From: a virus
Lineage: Duplodnaviria > Caudoviricetes
DNA: 64,000 bases
Direction: 5' to 3' (one strand)
IMG/VR virus record: IMGVR_UViG_3300006467_000134
Coordinates: 32,001 to 96,000 of that record
Every line of letters starts with the position of its first letter. Positions within the stretch are counted from its first letter, which is position 1. Shown in pieces: positions 37,094-47,461 of the stretch. Made by a program: the position numbers and the translations under genes. Below the pieces are notes generated by a model. That model searched no databases. It had not been told where the DNA came from and worked only from the letters and a program-made list of their open reading frames with translations.

Positions 37094-40000
37094 CTAAGGT
37101 AAGGCAACAGTAGTTGTACTTGTTGTAGGTCCACCGCCAGTGCAGTTAGCCTCAGCACAGGTAAGCCCTTCATACCACGTTCCATACAGGCTATCAGTAC
37201 AATAAGTCTCACTTACATCTGGCTCACAGGCACCACCTTCGAATCCGTGACAACATGCTCCCAAAGGTGCGGTTGTAGTGGACGTAGTGGTAGTAGTCCA
37301 GCTTCCACAAGGCTCAAAGCCTGTGCAATCTGAAGCACCATCCCACGTATAACCACTGCCAGTATCCATCTCACTGCAAGTAGATTCATTAACATACCAG
37401 CAAGTAACAAAGCCGGTCACACAGCACTGACCCAGTGGAGCAGTAGTTGTGGAGGTAGTCGTGGTAGTCGATGTTGTGATATCTGGACCAAGGCTCCCGC
37501 AGTCAGTGAACTTGTGGGTGCCGGGCCGAGGATATGTGCCGGGGTGACTGCAAGGACATTCGTCAGGACAAGGATCTACAAGTAGCGTCCAACCATTGTA
37601 AGGTCCACCATTTGCCAGCCAATCACACCGCTTGGAACAGTCTTCTCCAGCAACAGTGGTTGTACTTGACGCACACCATAAGTCACATTCGGAAAACTCG
37701 CCCTCGTCATAAGGTATGGAGCGTTCACATTCTGTACTGACTACTAGGCAGTAAGCATAAGGATCATCAGGTATCTCTGAAGGTCTACGACAGTCACAAA
37801 AACTGCCGGTACACAGTCCGCAGATTCTTACCCATGCCTCGGATGCAGGATTCCAGATGAATACACACGGCTCCACCTGTGCACATGGAACATGAGGCTC
37901 AGTGCCAGCATCCCGTACACAAGTAGTGGCGATCTCTACTCCACACTCAACGGTGTCAGGGTCCTGCTCTGGCTCCTCACAACAGCATTGACTGTAATAG
38001 GTGAAATCAGTAGTGTATCCGTCTTGATGATCGCTACAAGTAGGCCCCTCTGTTAAGCAGTTAGCACTTGGAATAACAGCACTGTATCCATCACAACTGC
38101 TGGTTGTACCTGTGCAGTCTGCTATCAGTACCCAACTCTTTGTCCCGCAGCCACCAATCTGGTATAAGGCTCTCCATAAACATTCTGAGTCTGTGCACGT
38201 TTCGCAATCGCATGTTGATGAGGTGGTACTACAGTTATCTGGCTGAGGAATTACGTAACCAGTAGTACATCCTGTCTCTATAGTAAACTCGTCATAAGGT
38301 CCGCAGAAATCAGGCTCAACACACTCACAGTAGAAAAGCTCACCGTTGACATTAGTCATCTCAATGTCGTCAATGAAGTACGTGTCTGAGGGAACGTCAT
38401 CCGTGGACCCAGCAGACCGCCGTAAAACTACCTCTACCAATGCACCGCCTTCTACAGTAGCATAGCTTTTCTGTGTCCAGCTAGAGGGAACTGGATCAAT
38501 AACTTCCTGACTAACGCCATTAAGGTATACCTCGATCTCAACTCCAAGAGCAGAGGCAGGACCCTTAACATAAAAGGAAGCAGTTCCTCCCCCACTACCT
38601 ACTGTGGACTTCCAACCGAGAATAAACTCTTGCTCCTCGGTAGTATCTGAGTGGTCAATTAGCTCCGAGGTTGTTAGGCTGTTTGAGGTGCTGTTTGAGT
38701 CTGTGGCTGTTTTGATCCAAGCCTCTCCAGTATCATCTTCCTCATCCACATAATCGTACATGTGGTTAGTGTAGAAGGTAATACCGTCAGTAGCCCAACA
38801 CATCTCAGCAAAGTGGTCACCGGTCTCACAGTCAATAGTAGCTGTATCGCCTGCGGCTGTTGATGTAGAGCTTGTGCTAGTTGTGGTTGTAGGGCAGCCG
38901 CAATCCACAGGCTCTGGTACAACTTGCCCTTCAGACGTAGTAGAGGTTGTAGTGGTTCTCTTAAAACAATCGTTGTCAGTAAGAGTCCACTGACCATACG
39001 AATCGTACCACGTCCACTGGCAAGAGCCTTCACACGGATCAACAATAGGTGGATCGTTCGCTGGATCGAGACATGGGTCGCTATACTCTGTAGTCTGAGG
39101 ATTGGCTACGTAAAACTCACACTCGTTTACCCTGTGGCAAACATGCCAGTTGTACTCTGCGTCAGTTTCAAAGATGTTGTAGACCGTCTCTCGCCGGATT
39201 TCCCCGTTCTCATCCAGCACAGGTACGAATTCCCCGTCCTGAATCTTGTAGATACAACAAGACTCACTGCCGGGAGTGGTGCCTGTTCTAGCTGGAATCA
39301 CCGAATCAAAATATGGAATGCAAACATAGGCATCATCGTGAGAACCTACAAATACCTGCTTTTCAATCGTGACATCAAACGTTGCCGCTGTTAATTGATT
39401 CTCAAAGGTAATTGTACACTTCAAATTTGCCAGGTATGGCTCAGCTTCCTCATCCGCCGTTAACCCGGCGTCATCCTTCCTACAGAAGGAAGCAGTTACC
39501 ATGTTTGGTTTTGGGAAATTTTCTTGAACGGTAGATTCCGTTGTGACTTCGGCTTCGATTTCCCAAGTCTTGGAAAGAATCAAACAAAGATCTCGCCCCG
39601 CTGCGTCTTGCTCAATGTAACTGAGCTCCAGAGAATAGACGTCTTCCTCGCAGAACTTAACGAAGTCTGGTCCAAGAATCTTTCCTTGGATATCGAAGTT
39701 CAAAGAGCTTTGACCAAGAGTGTCTGAAGATTGGGGGCAGTTATAGGTTACCTGATAGGTGTCAGATTTCCGAGAAATGCCACCCCCCGTTTCATCGATA
39801 GCGATTACCTGCCAGTAGACAGTCTGACCTAAGCTAATGTCAGTGATTGCTGTCAAAGATTGGTAGGTGTTAGCTGTTTTTTCTTGGCGAACACTAGGAC
39901 CCGAGAATTCCGGATTGTCAGCCCACATCACAATGTAGTGTGTAGCGTCAGTTACCGATCCCCACACGAGAACAATACCCGTGGCGGCAAACTTGGACGT

Positions 40001-40135
40001 TCCCAGGCACACAACCGATTGGTCCTTAGGTGCCAAAAGATACGGAGTATCCAGCACAATTTGGCTGGACCACTCCGCAGGTGTTGTAATGGCATCAGCA
40101 CAAACTTCCTGAGCCATTGAATAATCGTATGTCAT
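37094..40135 (-). CDS. Large acidic Cys/Thr-rich virion protein (tail fibre/adhesin-like)
   Basis: N-terminal FN3-like segment (LVWGSV..ATHY...VYWQVIA); poly-Thr linkers; repeated Cys/Trp modules; follows Dit-like gene. Confidence 0.65.
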   Translation of the reverse strand: MTYDYSMAQEVCADAITTPAEWSSQIVLDTPYLLAPKDQSVVCLGTSKFAATGIVLVWGSVTDATHYIVMWADNPEFSGPSVRQEKTANTYQSLTAITDISLGQTVYWQVIAIDETGGGISRKSDTYQVTYNCPQSSDTLGQSSLNFDIQGKILGPDFVKFCEEDVYSLELSYIEQDAAGRDLCLILSKTWEIEAEVTTESTVQENFPKPNMVTASFCRKDDAGLTADEEAEPYLANLKCTITFENQLTAATFDVTIEKQVFVGSHDDAYVCIPYFDSVIPARTGTTPGSESCCIYKIQDGEFVPVLDENGEIRRETVYNIFETDAEYNWHVCHRVNECEFYVANPQTTEYSDPCLDPANDPPIVDPCEGSCQWTWYDSYGQWTLTDNDCFKRTTTTSTTSEGQVVPEPVDCGCPTTTTSTSSTSTAAGDTATIDCETGDHFAEMCWATDGITFYTNHMYDYVDEEDDTGEAWIKTATDSNSTSNSLTTSELIDHSDTTEEQEFILGWKSTVGSGGGTASFYVKGPASALGVEIEVYLNGVSQEVIDPVPSSWTQKSYATVEGGALVEVVLRRSAGSTDDVPSDTYFIDDIEMTNVNGELFYCECVEPDFCGPYDEFTIETGCTTGYVIPQPDNCSTTSSTCDCETCTDSECLWRALYQIGGCGTKSWVLIADCTGTTSSCDGYSAVIPSANCLTEGPTCSDHQDGYTTDFTYYSQCCCEEPEQDPDTVECGVEIATTCVRDAGTEPHVPCAQVEPCVFIWNPASEAWVRICGLCTGSFCDCRRPSEIPDDPYAYCLVVSTECERSIPYDEGEFSECDLWCASSTTTVAGEDCSKRCDWLANGGPYNGWTLLVDPCPDECPCSHPGTYPRPGTHKFTDCGSLGPDITTSTTTTTSTTTAPLGQCCVTGFVTCWYVNESTCSEMDTGSGYTWDGASDCTGFEPCGSWTTTTTSTTTAPLGACCHGFEGGACEPDVSETYCTDSLYGTWYEGLTCAEANCTGGGPTTSTTTVALP

Positions 40136-40512
40136 TAACTACATCCGTCACTTGTGACCGAGACAATTAAAAGCTCACCAGAAACGGTGAAGAGGTTTAG
40201 TCCGATTTGTTTGGAAGACAGAGCAACCATACGAACAGTCCATTCTTCACCATTATACCCGATGAACGTCAAAGGTAAAGTGTCATAAGGGGCAACTCGG
40301 TTATAAATGTCAGAAAACTGACATTTTTCGGCCTGGCATACCCCCTCACACTTAAAATTGACTGTTTCTCCACCATACCGGAAGGGAACGCATCCCTCCT
40401 GGTATACGTGGGTTTGAGCAGTTTCAGTCGTGGTGTACCGGAGCGTAGGAAAGAAATCATCGTATTGGAACTGCTGTGGCAGATCCTGCCCAGCAATAGT
40501 GGCTACAGCCAT
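40135..40512 (-). CDS. Distal tail protein-like
   Basis: Directly after tape measure gene; 125 aa. Confidence 0.55.
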   Translation of the reverse strand: MAVATIAGQDLPQQFQYDDFFPTLRYTTTETAQTHVYQEGCVPFRYGGETVNFKCEGVCQAEKCQFSDIYNRVAPYDTLPLTFIGYNGEEWTVRMVALSSKQIGLNLFTVSGELLIVSVTSDGCS

Positions 40513-40521
40513 AAAGAGCTC

Positions 40522-43500
40522 CTAGATAAACGGTGTAATTTCATCCGCACTGGTAACAGTGATGTTGAAGATTCGGTTGTCATTAACCGAGGAACCACTT
40601 TGATCCGCTCGGGCAATAGGCGTATTTGCTGTAGGCATTGGTTGATTCATCTGGATTTGGAATCCTTGAAGATTGGCCTTAAATGCCTCAGCGATAGATT
40701 CACCCCACTGAGCTCCTAGATTCGCTACGAACCCTGGATCCAGTAAAGATGCCTGCAGTCCAGAAACATTAATGCCCTGGGCTCCTGCATTAGTACGCTG
40801 AACATTCAGATCTGCATCACTTAAACGTTTATCCGAAATTGCTCGTTGGAGGTCAAGGACATCCTGCAGTTTACGGATTTGCTCGTCTACATTGACGCCG
40901 CCGATACCAGCAGCCTTACGCTGCTGGAGCAATCTTAGTCGATCTTCAAGCTTCAACTGCTCTTTGAATTCCTTTTTAGCCCGGGCTTCATTACGAGCCT
41001 GGATTACATTACGGAATTCTAGGAGAGCATTGGCTTGACCAATCGTCTGTAATTGTCTAATCAGCTGATCAGTGATAGAGTTCTCGATTTCTAGGTTTTT
41101 GCTCTTTTCCTTGGTTTCCTTTTCTGCTTCCTTATTCTTCGCTTCCTGGAATGCAGCATCAATGGCTGCCAGGTCCTGATTAAGGATGGCATCAAGGTCG
41201 GCTTTGACTTGGGCCTGGCGATTCTTGATCACCTGGTCAGTCTCACCTTCCAAGGCTTCGGCAACTTTCTCAAACTCTTTCTTTTCCCGAGCTGCGGCTT
41301 CCTCAATTAGAAGCTGACGTTCCGCCAGGTACTTTTGATCTTCATCAAGAATACCATTGACAATCTCACGTCTACGAGCAAGCTCGTCATCGGCAAGATC
41401 ATCATTACGTCGTTTACGCTCTTCAGCAATCGCATCTTCGAAAGTTTTGACGTCGTTTTCACGTTTCTCAACGCCTTGCTCCAAAGCCTCAATAACTTTC
41501 TGCTCTGCATTTTGATCCTTAGCTACCTGCAATCGCTCACGTTCAGTATCCAGAAGTTCCTGGGTTTTATCCCTGAGCTCCTGAAGCTCTGTCAGGCGAT
41601 TACCGCGGCTGTTTTCTTCGGCTAAATCCAGAAGAGCTTGATCAACCTCTGCAGCTTTTTCAGCAAGCTTGTCAGCTTCCGTACGAGCATCAGCGAAGAT
41701 CTTAGCGATTGCGATCAACCCTTCCTCAACGCTGGCAACAGTGTTCTTACTAAAGTATTCTGCAATTGCATCAGCTTGAGGAATAATCTTGTTCAGGAAA
41801 CCAGATCGATTTAGAATTTCCTCAATTGCTGTGTTGAGCTCAGGAATCGCTTCCCTAATCTGCTCAAAGCTTGACTCAGGAGTCAAGTTAATCCCAACCT
41901 TATTTAGCTCTGCTTGGTACTTAGCAATAAACTGTTTGAATGCCTCACCATCGTCACGACGGAATAAGGTTTGGGCATCACGCAGCTCTGCATAAACATC
42001 CTGTAGGACTTCTGCTTGATCAAGTAGGCCTTGACGTTCGGCAATCAACTCGTCTTTAGGTTTCAACAGATCGTCGATTGTCTGTTCCGCACCTTTAGCA
42101 GCTGTCTTTAGCTTATCAAAAGCAGCGGAATACTTCTCAATCAGATCATCGACACCACTTGTAGATTGCCCGGCTTCTTGTAGTTCCATCCGTTTCTTAG
42201 CTAGTTCAGCAAGGCTGTCATTCAAAACCTGCATCTCAGCTTTAATTTCCGATAGTCCTGCTCGACCGAATAGATTTTCTAACTCATCAGCTTGGACACC
42301 TGTCAAATCAGGGATCTTATTGATAAGTTCGATAACCTTATTAAGGCGGGTTTGTACGTCGGACGAAACATCTAGAGAATCGCTGAATTTCTTGAACTGC
42401 TTGACGTCCATTTTGTTCAGACGTTCATAGAGCTCATCCAAAGAGGCCAACGTATCCTGGGAACTATTCTCAACCTCTTCTAGTGCCGCGGCAAATTCAC
42501 GAAGTCGATCTACTGGTACGTAACCATAAGCAGCTGCTTCAAAGGCCGCCTGAGCTGCAATAGCTGCTGCCTTCCATTGACGGGTCAACTCTTGCAGAGC
42601 AATGATCAAACCGTGTACAGCTGCAACCATTCGGAATAGAACTTCGACACCAGTGTTTACAAAGTCAATGATCGCCGTTTTGTTGATTCGTAGAACACGT
42701 ACAAACTGAGTCATCAGTTTGACAGCTTCTGTTAAAACAACTCCAACTAAAGCTCCAAATTCCTTAAAGGAATCAGTGTTTCGCTCACTTTCAAAACCAA
42801 GCTCAATAAACAGAGCTTGTAGCTCCGTTAGGAACTCTTTGAACGCGGGAACCAATTGAGCTTCAACTGTTTTCTGGAATTCTTCAATAGCTGGAAGGAC
42901 AGTGTTTCCAAGAATCACACCAATCGAGTCCAAGACTTGATTGAACGTTTCGGCACTTTCCTTAACAGTATTGATTACACCAGTACCAAAGGCAGTGGTA
43001 ATTGCTGCTGCAAATCCAGCCAGAAGCCCAGTTATCGCAATAATGGGCAGAGTGATAGCTGTCAGTGTCGCCCCAATCAGCAAAAGTGCTGGGAGGAACT
43101 CAATGCTAAGAGCTGTAGCTACGGCAGTAACAACAGATCCCATAACACCAATGGCTGAGATTGTAGATCCAAAGGCAATAACCAAGGGAACGATGGCAGC
43201 TGCTAAGCTACCCAGTAAAAACAGAAACGCTCCTGCTGCCGTTGAAGTTGCCCCAAAAGCTGCGGTGATCTTAGCAATCGTAGCTACAAGCTCATTGTTG
43301 CTATTAATAAAGCTTGTGATCTTCGTAGTTATCTGTGTGAAGGTCTGTACAAAGATACGGATCTCGTCATTCACCAATCCACCAATAGTGATCTTTAGAC
43401 TCTCAAAAGCACTATTAAGGATTTTGATGTCACCCACTAAGGTGTCAAGTTTGATCTGTGAAATTGTTCGAGCAAGGCCAGCAGAGTTTTCAATTTGTAC

Positions 43501-44967
43501 ATTAAGCAAACGTAAAGACTGTGAACCTTGGTTGATAAGAGCTTGCAGTGATCGGAAGGCTCGTTGATCAAACAATTGACCAAGTGTTGTTGCTCCAACC
43601 CCAAGACGTTCGAACTCTTCCACAATCTGTGAGATGCTGTTTCTCCGAGGGTCAATAGCATCGAAGCTTGAACCAAGTCGTCGAAGAACCTCATCAGCCA
43701 ATTCGGCATTTTCTACCAACTGGGTGAGAACTCTGGACAAGCCAGTTCCAGCGATACTTCCCCTGAGACCTGCGTTAGCCAGGACACCCAAGGCTGCAGA
43801 TGTTTCTTGAATCGATTGACCGAATGCTGCAGCTGCCGGAGAGACAATCTTGAAAGACTCTTTCAGTCGATTAATATCTGTGTTTGCGTTGGTTACGGTA
43901 GCTGTTAGAACGTCAGCAACCTCTTTGGCACTGTCTGCCGTTAGGCCAAACGAACGAATAATCGATGCCATTAGGTCGGCAGCATCCTTAATAGATGCAC
44001 CTGTAGCTGCTGCTAGTTGGCCAACGCCTTCGAGGGAGTTACTTACTTCATCAAACGTGAAACCCGCCAAACCTAATACTTGGGCTGCCTGAGCAATCTC
44101 AGTTGCCGTAAATACGGTTGTTTCTGCTAAGCGGAGAATCTCATTTGATAGTGCATTGATTTTTCCGATTGTTCTATCACTACCATCTTGCAATCCATTG
44201 ATTACAGCGGTAGTATCTGCAATTGCTTGCTCGAACTCTGCGTTCGCTTTAGCAAACAATGCTATGAGTCCAGTAATAGCCACACCAATGGCCAGTAACT
44301 GAACACCTGCATCCCGAAGGATGAAACTAAATTGTCGTAATGAATACCCAAACTGGGTAATGCGTTGACCGGCTGATACAAGACTTGATGCTATCTGTGC
44401 TGCACCATTGATAATGCCCTTGCCTAAAAGAGAAAAGGCCTTCCCCAATGACCGGAATCCCTTTCCATACTGTCCTCGAAAGAACCTACGGAAAGCGACA
44501 CCAGTCCGAGCAAGACCTTTTCCAATGTTGCCAAAGCTGTCATCAAAGGCCTTTTTAATATCCTCTGCTTGAGCTCGCAACTCGTTGACATAGTTTGCCC
44601 CAGCAATATCCCGTTTACGTTGCCGTACTTCGGTATTCGTCTGAGGTTGGTCAGCCGGCGAACCAGTATTGCTGTTTCGTTGGCCAGGTAGGCGGGCAAT
44701 CTGTTGTCGGAGTCGTAAGATCCGAGTCAGAATACGCACAGTGTACAACAAGGCTCGATTTAGACGGTTAACGCTTTTGGTGACTTTGTTAACAAACTTG
44801 GCACCGTCTCCGAAATTAGCCAAAGCTGATTTTACTTTGATCAGGCTTTGGTATGTGGAGAGGGCTGATTGTCGAACTACTTTCAGAGCCGCGGGTACTC
44901 GGGCAAGACGATTGAAGCCTTGTACGACAGCCTTTACTCGAAAGACAGCTTCACCTAGGTTAGCCAT
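40522..44967 (-). CDS. Tail tape measure protein (TP901-like core)
   Basis: About 1480 aa helical; TTVFTATEIAQA...LGLAGF, NANTD, LANAGLRGS.AGTGL; hydrophobic middle. Confidence 0.95.
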   Translation of the reverse strand: MANLGEAVFRVKAVVQGFNRLARVPAALKVVRQSALSTYQSLIKVKSALANFGDGAKFVNKVTKSVNRLNRALLYTVRILTRILRLRQQIARLPGQRNSNTGSPADQPQTNTEVRQRKRDIAGANYVNELRAQAEDIKKAFDDSFGNIGKGLARTGVAFRRFFRGQYGKGFRSLGKAFSLLGKGIINGAAQIASSLVSAGQRITQFGYSLRQFSFILRDAGVQLLAIGVAITGLIALFAKANAEFEQAIADTTAVINGLQDGSDRTIGKINALSNEILRLAETTVFTATEIAQAAQVLGLAGFTFDEVSNSLEGVGQLAAATGASIKDAADLMASIIRSFGLTADSAKEVADVLTATVTNANTDINRLKESFKIVSPAAAAFGQSIQETSAALGVLANAGLRGSIAGTGLSRVLTQLVENAELADEVLRRLGSSFDAIDPRRNSISQIVEEFERLGVGATTLGQLFDQRAFRSLQALINQGSQSLRLLNVQIENSAGLARTISQIKLDTLVGDIKILNSAFESLKITIGGLVNDEIRIFVQTFTQITTKITSFINSNNELVATIAKITAAFGATSTAAGAFLFLLGSLAAAIVPLVIAFGSTISAIGVMGSVVTAVATALSIEFLPALLLIGATLTAITLPIIAITGLLAGFAAAITTAFGTGVINTVKESAETFNQVLDSIGVILGNTVLPAIEEFQKTVEAQLVPAFKEFLTELQALFIELGFESERNTDSFKEFGALVGVVLTEAVKLMTQFVRVLRINKTAIIDFVNTGVEVLFRMVAAVHGLIIALQELTRQWKAAAIAAQAAFEAAAYGYVPVDRLREFAAALEEVENSSQDTLASLDELYERLNKMDVKQFKKFSDSLDVSSDVQTRLNKVIELINKIPDLTGVQADELENLFGRAGLSEIKAEMQVLNDSLAELAKKRMELQEAGQSTSGVDDLIEKYSAAFDKLKTAAKGAEQTIDDLLKPKDELIAERQGLLDQAEVLQDVYAELRDAQTLFRRDDGEAFKQFIAKYQAELNKVGINLTPESSFEQIREAIPELNTAIEEILNRSGFLNKIIPQADAIAEYFSKNTVASVEEGLIAIAKIFADARTEADKLAEKAAEVDQALLDLAEENSRGNRLTELQELRDKTQELLDTERERLQVAKDQNAEQKVIEALEQGVEKRENDVKTFEDAIAEERKRRNDDLADDELARRREIVNGILDEDQKYLAERQLLIEEAAAREKKEFEKVAEALEGETDQVIKNRQAQVKADLDAILNQDLAAIDAAFQEAKNKEAEKETKEKSKNLEIENSITDQLIRQLQTIGQANALLEFRNVIQARNEARAKKEFKEQLKLEDRLRLLQQRKAAGIGGVNVDEQIRKLQDVLDLQRAISDKRLSDADLNVQRTNAGAQGINVSGLQASLLDPGFVANLGAQWGESIAEAFKANLQGFQIQMNQPMPTANTPIARADQSGSSVNDNRIFNITVTSADEITPFI

Positions 44968-45157
44968 GTATCTCAATACCTTTGCTGGTTAAAAACTCTT
45001 TGAAACCATGCTCATTAGCATGGTTCCCGGCACGGACTGCCTCAGCGAGGTATCCGTAGTGTTTGCTATTGTTCTTGATCTTTCTTTCGTATAGCACAAA
45101 GATCTGGTACAGAGAAAGCTCTAAAAACTCATCTGCACCAAATCCAAGTTCAAGCAT
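44960..45157 (-). CDS. Tail assembly chaperone C-terminal extension (gpT-like; likely made by -1 frameshift)
   Basis: Lies in the -1 frame of the upstream chaperone and is open back to the slippery site at 45256-45262. Confidence 0.7.
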   Translation of the reverse strand: MLELGFGADEFLELSLYQIFVLYERKIKNNSKHYGYLAEAVRAGNHANEHGFKEFLTSKGIEIHG

Positions 45158-45177
45158 AGCATCGGCTAGGAATTCTC

Positions 45178-45657
45178 CTAAGCCGTAGGTTGGTCCTGTT
45201 GGTCCGGACTCAAAAAGTCCAGCAGGGCTTGCGGAGCCTTGATCCCCGCCAGAGTAAAATTTTTCTTGATTGCTGCCACGTCATAAGTGAACCGGCAAGC
45301 AACAATAATTTCACTGATATCAGAGAGTTGAATATCGTCGCCAAACTTGTCTTCCTTCTCCCCAATAGATTGGTAGACAAATTTCTTGACAAACTCAAAC
45401 ACTTGGTCGTTAGTTAGAAACTGTGCGATAGTTTCTACTGTGTCTTGGTCGCTGGAAGTATCCATAGCACTCAGAAGGTGCAAGAGATTGAATCCTTCGC
45501 TAATCAGCCTGGTTAGCTTTCGCACTCCCAAAGGCTTGAAGTCATACTCACCAATAGTCAGTTTGACTGGATAAGGAAGACCAGCTAGTTTAGCAGGATC
45601 AATTGCAGATTCGTCCTGCTTGGTTGACTGGGCATCTTGGCCCAAATCCTTAGACAT
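45178..45657 (-). CDS. Tail assembly chaperone (gpG-like)
   Basis: Position before TMP; KKNF slippery segment; start MSKDLG. Confidence 0.75.
   Translation of the reverse strand: MSKDLGQDAQSTKQDESAIDPAKLAGLPYPVKLTIGEYDFKPLGVRKLTRLISEGFNLLHLLSAMDTSSDQDTVETIAQFLTNDQVFEFVKKFVYQSIGEKEDKFGDDIQLSDISEIIVACRFTYDVAAIKKNFTLAGIKAPQALLDFLSPDQQDQPTA
45256..45262 (-). promoter_or_regulatory. -1 ribosomal frameshift heptamer A-AAT-TTT
   Basis: In-frame X XXY YYZ; shifted frame reads ...FYSGGDQG...FLADAMLELGF without a stop. Confidence 0.75.
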
Positions 45658-45955
45658 GCTTATTACCTCGCTTCGAGTGATTTCGCAGGTGGTCACGCAG
45701 TTGACCCATTTTCTTGTCGTAGGTCAAAGGTTCAACGCAAGTCTCGCCATTGGTATATGAGAAGATGAGAGAGTTAAGTTCCTCTTCAACATCGCGAGTA
45801 TCATCCGTAGGGGTTACTTCAAAGACAAAGTAAAAGATATTGTCTTCCCCTGGGATTGGCTCAAGGCCGGCAAATCTAGTGTTTACAGTTAGTTGAGCCC
45901 AAAGAAAGGCTGCCTGCTTCAGATCACGAGTGTGATGTTTGTATGGTGTAGTCAT
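45650..45955 (-). CDS. Hypothetical protein (DUF5659-like)
   Basis: TRDL..AAFL...YFVF...VEPL.Y pattern. Confidence 0.5.
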   Translation of the reverse strand: MTTPYKHHTRDLKQAAFLWAQLTVNTRFAGLEPIPGEDNIFYFVFEVTPTDDTRDVEEELNSLIFSYTNGETCVEPLTYDKKMGQLRDHLRNHSKRGNKHV

Positions 45956-46035
45956 TTTCTACTCTGTAAGTCTTCCTGAAATGGAATAAAAATCAAAAAT
46001 CCTAATCTTAATAGTAGTCCTACGCTGAATTAGAC

Positions 46036-46392
46036 TTAGTAGATATACTCGAATGGAGCTTCTACGGTCAGATCGTCTTCAACGATGGTGTGGCCTGTTT
46101 CTGGGAAGGTGTATCGGACCTTCTTGTCATTCCAGTAGAACGCACCTTCGGCAGGACCGAAAGCACAACCACATTCACCCGAGTCACAAGGACGCGAGTC
46201 CAAGCTATTGTCAACGCGGTAGTCACCTACAGCAGCAGACAGAATAGCTTTAATCAAACCAGATTCGCTCAACAGGTTGTTGGGGTCGGTGATTTGAAAA
46301 TCAGCAACGGCAGCAGGAGGAGGCGTTACTTCCGTAACGGTGACAGTCCAGCTGCTCAAGTCGATAGCTTTATTGCAAAGACTCATTATCAA
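46036..46392 (-). CDS. Hypothetical structural protein
   Basis: 118-aa ORF after tail tube gene. Confidence 0.55.
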   Translation of the reverse strand: MIMSLCNKAIDLSSWTVTVTEVTPPPAAVADFQITDPNNLLSESGLIKAILSAAVGDYRVDNSLDSRPCDSGECGCAFGPAEGAFYWNDKKVRYTFPETGHTIVEDDLTVEAPFEYIY

Positions 46393-46403
46393 TTACCTTT
46401 CAA

Positions 46404-46922
46404 TTAGGCACAAGCGACAGTACCAGCGTAGGTACAACCATCAGTAACAATTCCGAACGTATCGGAGTTGTTGGGGTCTTTCATGATTTCGAATTCCATA
46501 GCCAATCGTACCTCTTCGGCGAAGTTCATTACGTACTCCGATTCCGAGTTACTAACGGCACGGTAGAATTCAAAAGTTCGACAACCACAGGACGGACCAG
46601 GTCCTTTGATTGCGATAGTGTGCTCACTAGCAGCACAACCATCATTGTAGCCAAGGGTCAAAACAGATCCGACCAAATTAGCCGAGGGGTAACCCAAAGC
46701 AATTCGCAACAGATCCAAAGTAACTTCCTGGGCGGTAAACGTAACGAAGTATTGTTCGCTAGTACGAACCGACTTCATGGTACCAGCGTACTGGTCACTT
46801 GAAACCGACAAGAACTGAGGAGAGTACCGAACGGTACAACCGCCAGTCGTCGAGCCGATGTCAGTATCGTCGATACACACAGTGTACGTACCGATGATCA
46901 GATTATCGGGAGTGATAGCCAC
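46404..46922 (-). CDS. Major tail (tube) protein
   Basis: NLIIG...DIGSTTGG..V.Y.P......DQY; GTG start after GGAG; canonical position. Confidence 0.8.
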   Translation of the reverse strand: MAITPDNLIIGTYTVCIDDTDIGSTTGGCTVRYSPQFLSVSSDQYAGTMKSVRTSEQYFVTFTAQEVTLDLLRIALGYPSANLVGSVLTLGYNDGCAASEHTIAIKGPGPSCGCRTFEFYRAVSNSESEYVMNFAEEVRLAMEFEIMKDPNNSDTFGIVTDGCTYAGTVACA

Positions 46923-46933
46923 TACATAAACTC

Positions 46934-47461
46934 CTAACAAATATCCCCATCAGGATCGCGGGGATCAGAAACTGGCTCGGCTGCCTCGATATCAACAGAA
47001 GTATCGGAATCGCAAGCGATTCTCCAAGTTAACTGTACATCTAAGGACCGAGAATGAATATCGGAATGTTCTTCAAAATCGTTTTCGTTTACCATATCTG
47101 AAACGAGTAACTCAGTCCAAGCATTATTGATATAACTATTGGAAACATCCCAAAAGTCATTGCTTGTGTCGGTTATATCCTCGATTATTGAATCAAGAAG
47201 TTGTTCTGGCATCAGACTACCACCAGTGTGGGCTGCCCCATAGGTCGTAATACGGACAACTGTTTTGTGAATCACATTTACAGTTGAGCTCCGTGGATTA
47301 GACCGTTGGACGTGAACACTTACATAAGGCAACCTGTCTTTCACATCTGATAAATATTGACCGATGTGAGTCTTTCCTGTTCCAGTGGGAAGCAGGGCAG
47401 TTAGACTGGCATTAGCCTTAAGCTTGTTGATCACTGCCTCTTTCAAACGTATTGAGCTCAT
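46934..47461 (-). CDS. Tail terminator protein
   Basis: L..AV...LKA...L.AL...LPYV; precedes tube gene. Confidence 0.7.
   Translation of the reverse strand: MSSIRLKEAVINKLKANASLTALLPTGTGKTHIGQYLSDVKDRLPYVSVHVQRSNPRSSTVNVIHKTVVRITTYGAAHTGGSLMPEQLLDSIIEDITDTSNDFWDVSNSYINNAWTELLVSDMVNENDFEEHSDIHSRSLDVQLTWRIACDSDTSVDIEAAEPVSDPRDPDGDIC

Noticed and set aside
42856-44992. Several plus-strand ORFs of 80-208 aa
   Set aside because: Antisense shadows of the tape measure gene.
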